Assembly: GCA_036505635.1 (NCBI GenBank)
Contig: DASXTC010000010.1
Span: 29,107 to 93,106 of the forward strand
From: Candidatus Polarisedimenticolia bacterium
GTDB lineage: Bacteria; Acidobacteriota; Polarisedimenticolia; JACPZX01; DASXTC01
Length of the DNA stretch: 64,000 nt
Direction: 5' to 3'
Shown: positions 59,911 to 64,000 of the stretch, piece after piece
How positions within the stretch are numbered: the first letter of the stretch is position 1
Layout: the number at the start of each line of letters is the position of its first letter
The notes under the pieces: generated by a model
What the model was told of the DNA's origin: nothing
Seen by the model: the letters and a program-made list of their open reading frames with translations, nothing else
The model's database searches: none
Program-made: the position numbers and the translations under genes

Positions 59911-61330
59911 TCCCGGCGCGGGCGTCGAGGGCCGCGAGCAGCTTTTCGGCGATCCCACCGAAGCCGCCGTTGCTCATGATCAGCACGACGTCGCCGCGGC
60001 GGGCCTTCTCGGCGATCGTCGCGACGATCCCCGGAACCCCCGCCGGCTCGTGCTGCGCGGAGAGCCCCCGGCCGCGCAGGTCGGCGATCAACCTCTCGAC
60101 GCTGAAGCGCCTCCCCTCGGGCGCCCGCTCCGGGTGATCGACGGGCGCGATGACCACCTCGTCGGCCCCGTCGAACGCCTGAGCGTACTCGGCCTGGAAG
60201 ACGTCTCGCCGCGTGGTGTTGGTGCGCGGCTCGAACACGGCCCAGAGCCTCTGGCCCGGATGGCTCGTCCTGATGGCCGCGATCGTCTCGCGCACGGCAG
60301 TGGGATGATGTGCGAAGTCGTCGATGACGGTGACCCCGGCGGAGACGCCGCGCACCTCCTGGCGGCGCCGCACGCCCGAAAACGAGCCGAGCCCGCGGCG
60401 GATCTCTTCGGGAGAGAGGCCGAGCTTCAATCCGACGGCCACGGCGGCCAGCGCGTTGCGCAGGTTGTGAGCCCCCGCCGCGCCGATGCGGAAGGTCCCC
60501 AGGTCCCGCCCCGCGTCCAGCGCCCTGAAGAGCATCCCGTCCGGGCGCGTCTCGATGAGCTCGGCGCGCAGCCGCGCGCCCGGCCCCAGCCCGTATCCGA
60601 CGATCTCCCCGCGGCACGGGCGGGAGAGCAGGAGGGCGATGGCATCGTCGGCGCATACGATGAGCGCGCCACCGGCGGAGGCCGCCGGCACCAGCGCCAC
60701 GAAGCGGGAGAACGCCTCCTTGACCGCGTCGAGCGAAGGGAACATCTCGGCGTGGTCGTACTCCACGCTGGTGAGCACGGCGGTGCGCGGCATGTAGTGC
60801 AGGAACTTCGGCCCCTTGTCGAAGAACGAGGTCTCGTACTCGTCCCCCTCGATGACGAACGCCTCTCCGGCACCCAGCCTGTAGGACTGGTCGAGGTCCT
60901 TGAGGATCCCTCCCACGAGGAACGACGGGTCCCGGCCCGATTCCACGAGCATCCTGGCGATCATCGCGGTGGTGGTCGTTTTGCCGTGCGTCCCCGCGAC
61001 CACGATGGAGTGCCGGCTCGCCAGGAAGAACCGTCCGAGCGCCTGCGGCATGCTCAGGTACTCGATGCCGCTCTCGAGAAGGGCCCGCGCCTCGGGGTTG
61101 TCCCGGTTGGCGATGTTGCCCACGATCACCAGGTCGGGGCGCGGCGTGGCGGCCAGGATGTTCTCGGCGCGGTACCCTTCGAGGATCGGGATGCCACGGT
61201 CGCGCAGCATCGTGGAGATCGGCGGGTAGACGTTCTCGTCGGAGCCGCGGACATCGTGTCCCGCGTCGCGCAGGAGCCCCGCGAGGGATCCCATCCCCGT
61301 GCCGCAGATGCCGATCATGTGGATGAGCAT
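59888..61330 (-). CDS. mpl: UDP-N-acetylmuramate:L-Ala-gamma-D-Glu-meso-DAP ligase (murein peptide ligase)
   Basis: HMIGICGTGMGSLA, GSDENVYPP, AGTHGKTTT, EGDEYETSFFDK, DDFAHHPTA, FEPRTNT. Confidence 0.92.
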   Translation of the reverse strand: MLIHMIGICGTGMGSLAGLLRDAGHDVRGSDENVYPPISTMLRDRGIPILEGYRAENILAATPRPDLVIVGNIANRDNPEARALLESGIEYLSMPQALGRFFLASRHSIVVAGTHGKTTTTAMIARMLVESGRDPSFLVGGILKDLDQSYRLGAGEAFVIEGDEYETSFFDKGPKFLHYMPRTAVLTSVEYDHAEMFPSLDAVKEAFSRFVALVPAASAGGALIVCADDAIALLLSRPCRGEIVGYGLGPGARLRAELIETRPDGMLFRALDAGRDLGTFRIGAAGAHNLRNALAAVAVGLKLGLSPEEIRRGLGSFSGVRRRQEVRGVSAGVTVIDDFAHHPTAVRETIAAIRTSHPGQRLWAVFEPRTNTTRRDVFQAEYAQAFDGADEVVIAPVDHPERAPEGRRFSVERLIADLRGRGLSAQHEPAGVPGIVATIAEKARRGDVVLIMSNGGFGGIAEKLLAALDARAGISARPAG

Positions 61331-61401
61331 GGCCGGTTCAAGATATTACCGGACGGGCCTCGCGGCCAGTGGTAGGCTGGCCGCACGAGGGGGTGGGGGC
61401 G

Positions 61402-63144
61402 ATGGGAGGCATCTGCGGATGGGTCGCGGCGGGGGCCGGATCGCCCGGTTCCGCGCCCGGTCCCCTGCGCGAGCCCATCGTCGGGGCGCTGGCCCATCGT
61501 GGTGAGATCTCCTGGCTCGATTCGTCTCTGGCCGGACCCTGCGTCGTCGTGGACAGCGCCTTCAACACGGTCGATGCGGCGAAAGCCGCCTGGGAGTCAT
61601 GCTCGGGACAGCCGGCCGCTTTCGCCTCGCGGCTGGAGGGCTCCTTCGCCGCCGCGGCGCTCGACCGGCGCTCGGGACGGCTGGTCCTCGCGCGCGACCG
61701 GCTCGGCGAAAAGCCCCTCTACTACGCGGCGAGTCCGGCCGGCGTCGCTTTCGCCTCAGAGATCAAGGCGCTGCGGGGCGCGGCGGGGACGGTGGCGCTG
61801 CCGTCGCTGTCGATCCTGCCGGTGGCGGTCGACGCCTACCTCGCCTTCACCTATGTGCCGGCGCCCTGGACCATCTTCGAGCAGGTGCGGAAGGTCCCGG
61901 CCGGGCACGCCGTCGTCTTCGATCTGCGGGAGCCTGGGGCGGAGGAGGCGATCCGGTACTGGAGCCTTCCAGAGCGTTCGGGCGAGGAGCCCGCGCCCGC
62001 CCGGATGATGGAGGTGCTTCGGGAGGCGCTCGGACGGAGGCTGCCGCCAGCGGGGAGCGTGGGCTGTTTTCTGAGCGGGGGGCTCGACTCGAGCGTCGTG
62101 GCGGCTCTCATGGCGCGCGAGGGGCTCGTGCGATTTCCGGCCTTCTCGATCGGGTTCGGGGAGCCGGATCTCGACGAATCGGCGCACGCGCGGCGCGTGG
62201 CGGAGCTGGTCGGGGCCGACCATCACCTGATCCGGCTGCGCGACGTGGAGCCCGAGATGGTGTCCCCGGTGATCGCCCAGCTCGACGAGCCGATGGCGGA
62301 TGCCGCCGCCATCCCCACCTGGGTGCTGGCGCGCGAGGCGGCCGGGTCGGCGCGCGTGGTCATGACCGGGGACGGCGCCGACGCGCTCCTGGCCGGGGAC
62401 CACTGGTTCCGGCGGTTGCGCCGGCTCGACGCGCTGGAGAGGTTGCCAGGGCCGGTCCGATTCCTCCCCGGCCTGCTGGGCGCGCGCTGGAGGGAGCTGA
62501 TCGCGCTCCTGGACCTGGCGCCCGCGGCGCGGTACCTGAGGATCCGGGAGAAGTGGACCACCGCGCAGCGTCACGCGATCTACACGCCGGAGTTCCGCCG
62601 GCGTGTGGACGTCGCCGCGACCGAGGCGACCTACGTGCGCGCGCCGGTCGAGTGGAGGGCGGGTGGGTCGGTGGACGCGGCGGTCCGGCTCGACTCGATC
62701 CACGGGCTCCCCGAGGACCTGCTCATGAAGGCCGACAAGATGGGTATGGCCCACGGCGTCGAGTCGCGCTCCCCCTTCCTCGACCAGGGGTTCGTGGAGT
62801 GGGCCGCGCGCCTCGACATCGGGATGCTGGTACGGGGCGCCGCCTCGAAGTATCTGCTCAAGAAGGGTGCCGAGTCGCTGCTGCCGCGCGATCTCATCTA
62901 TCGCCGCAAGCATGGCTTCCAGGTCCCCGTCGCGCGGTGGCTTGCCGGGCCGCTGCGTCCCCTGACCGAGGCGGCCTTCGACCCGGCCCTTGCCGGGCCC
63001 CAGGGGATCTTCGACCCCGCGGCGCTGACGCTCCTCAAGAGCCGCTTCGAGCGCGGTTCCCCGCCCACCGCGGCGCTGGCCGGCCAGGTCTGGCAGATCG
63101 TGGCCTTTCAGACCTGGTGGAGGGGAGCGTTCGAAGGCCGCTGA
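61402..63144 (+). CDS. AsnB-like ATP-dependent amide ligase with degenerate glutaminase domain
   Basis: MGGICG N-terminus; ARDRLGEKPLYY, LSGGLDSS, DEPMAD, GDGAD, KADKMGMAHGVESRSPFLD, RRKHGF. Confidence 0.88.
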   Translation: MGGICGWVAAGAGSPGSAPGPLREPIVGALAHRGEISWLDSSLAGPCVVVDSAFNTVDAAKAAWESCSGQPAAFASRLEGSFAAAALDRRSGRLVLARDRLGEKPLYYAASPAGVAFASEIKALRGAAGTVALPSLSILPVAVDAYLAFTYVPAPWTIFEQVRKVPAGHAVVFDLREPGAEEAIRYWSLPERSGEEPAPARMMEVLREALGRRLPPAGSVGCFLSGGLDSSVVAALMAREGLVRFPAFSIGFGEPDLDESAHARRVAELVGADHHLIRLRDVEPEMVSPVIAQLDEPMADAAAIPTWVLAREAAGSARVVMTGDGADALLAGDHWFRRLRRLDALERLPGPVRFLPGLLGARWRELIALLDLAPAARYLRIREKWTTAQRHAIYTPEFRRRVDVAATEATYVRAPVEWRAGGSVDAAVRLDSIHGLPEDLLMKADKMGMAHGVESRSPFLDQGFVEWAARLDIGMLVRGAASKYLLKKGAESLLPRDLIYRRKHGFQVPVARWLAGPLRPLTEAAFDPALAGPQGIFDPAALTLLKSRFERGSPPTAALAGQVWQIVAFQTWWRGAFEGR

Positions 63145-63161
63145 CGGGCGCGCTTGACGTC

Positions 63162-64000
63162 ATGGACCTGACGCGTCATCGTCCGCGGGTGCCAACGGGA
63201 CACGCCGGCTCGCCGCCGTCACCGGTAAAGCTCGCCCTCGCGTTCGCCTCGATCTACTTCGTCTGGGGCTCGACCTTCCTCGCGATCAGGTACGCCATCG
63301 AGGAGATCCCGCCCTTCCTGATGGCGGGGACACGATTCGCGACCGCCGGAGCGATCCTCTACCTGTGGCGGAGGCTGGTTCACGGGGAGAGACCTTCGTG
63401 GGACCAGTGGCCGGGCGCACTCCTGGTCGGGGCGCTCCTCTTCATGGGGGGCAACGGGTCGGTGGTCTGGTCAGAGCAGCAGGTCGCCTCGGGGCTCACG
63501 GCGCTGCTGCTCGCCACCATCCCGCTCTGGATGGTCCTGCTCGACGCCCTGCGCCACGACGGCGCGCCCGTGACAAGGCGGGTGATCGCGGGCGTGGCGC
63601 TGGGGCTTTCGGGCCTCGCCATCCTCGTGGAGCCGTCAAAGCTGCTTGGGGGAGGGAGAGTCGCGCCGGTGGGCGCCGGGGTCCTCGTGGCGGGTTCGCT
63701 CTGCTGGGCCACCGGTTCCCTCGTCTCCCGCCGTCTCAGGCAGCCCCCTTCGGCGCCCCTGTCCGCAGGCATGCAGATGATGATGGGTGGTGTGATCCTG
63801 CTCCTGGCGGGCGCGGCGTCGGGCGAGCTGGTCCGGCTCGATCCCCGGGGGCTTACGCCCCGCGGGTTCCTCTCGCTGTCCTACCTGATCCTCTTCGGCT
63901 CGGTCGTCAGCTTCACGGCCTACACCTGGCTGCTGACGGTCACGACTCCGGCCCGCGTCGCGACCTACGCCTACGTGAACCCGATCGTGGCGGTCCTGCT
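63162..64000 (+). CDS. EamA/DMT transporter (YedA-like), runs off the right window edge
   Basis: Manual translation from ATG 63162: ALAFASIYFVWGSTFLAIRYAIE ... FLMAGTRF ... YLILFGSVVSFTAYTWLL ... YAYVNPIVA. Confidence 0.9.
   Translation, partial: MDLTRHRPRVPTGHAGSPPSPVKLALAFASIYFVWGSTFLAIRYAIEEIPPFLMAGTRFATAGAILYLWRRLVHGERPSWDQWPGALLVGALLFMGGNGSVVWSEQQVASGLTALLLATIPLWMVLLDALRHDGAPVTRRVIAGVALGLSGLAILVEPSKLLGGGRVAPVGAGVLVAGSLCWATGSLVSRRLRQPPSAPLSAGMQMMMGGVILLLAGAASGELVRLDPRGLTPRGFLSLSYLILFGSVVSFTAYTWLLTVTTPARVATYAYVNPIVAVL

Noticed and set aside
56056-63144. Lasso-peptide cluster (HprK-like kinase + Cys-less AsnB + ABC exporter)
   Set aside because: No PqqD/RRE, no B2 transglutaminase-like protease and no precursor ORF found; asnB is separated by the oppositely oriented mpl; the neighbours are glycosyltransferases.

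Overview
A gene-dense, very GC-rich bacterial window; an Acidobacteriota origin is an inference from the gene repertoire. No rRNA, tRNA, CRISPR array or mobile element was recognised. Left to right it carries: the 5' part of a cyclic beta-1,2-glucan synthase (ndvB); a creBC + exosortase K + VIT/vWA module; three leftward secreted-protein genes facing a TIGR02999-type ECF sigma factor and a TPR Ser/Thr kinase; copA and assorted housekeeping genes; zwf-opcA-pgl, tkt and korAB; a PilB/GspE-receiver fusion with a hybrid kinase and an orphan HExxH protein; and an approximately 18 kb cell-envelope modification locus. Two leads stand out. (1) A divergent RtcB-fold protein is translationally coupled inside a GT4 / MsbA-like ABC exporter / HprK-like kinase / GT4 operon, which suggests an RNA-ligase fold repurposed for glycan phosphodiester chemistry. 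(2) A 35-bp motif (31/35 identical in two copies, plus a partial third) sits 46-50 nt upstream of three leftward transcription units next to the kinase-associated ECF sigma, a candidate promoter and regulon. Start codons were re-picked by eye where the ORF track extends into neighbouring genes.
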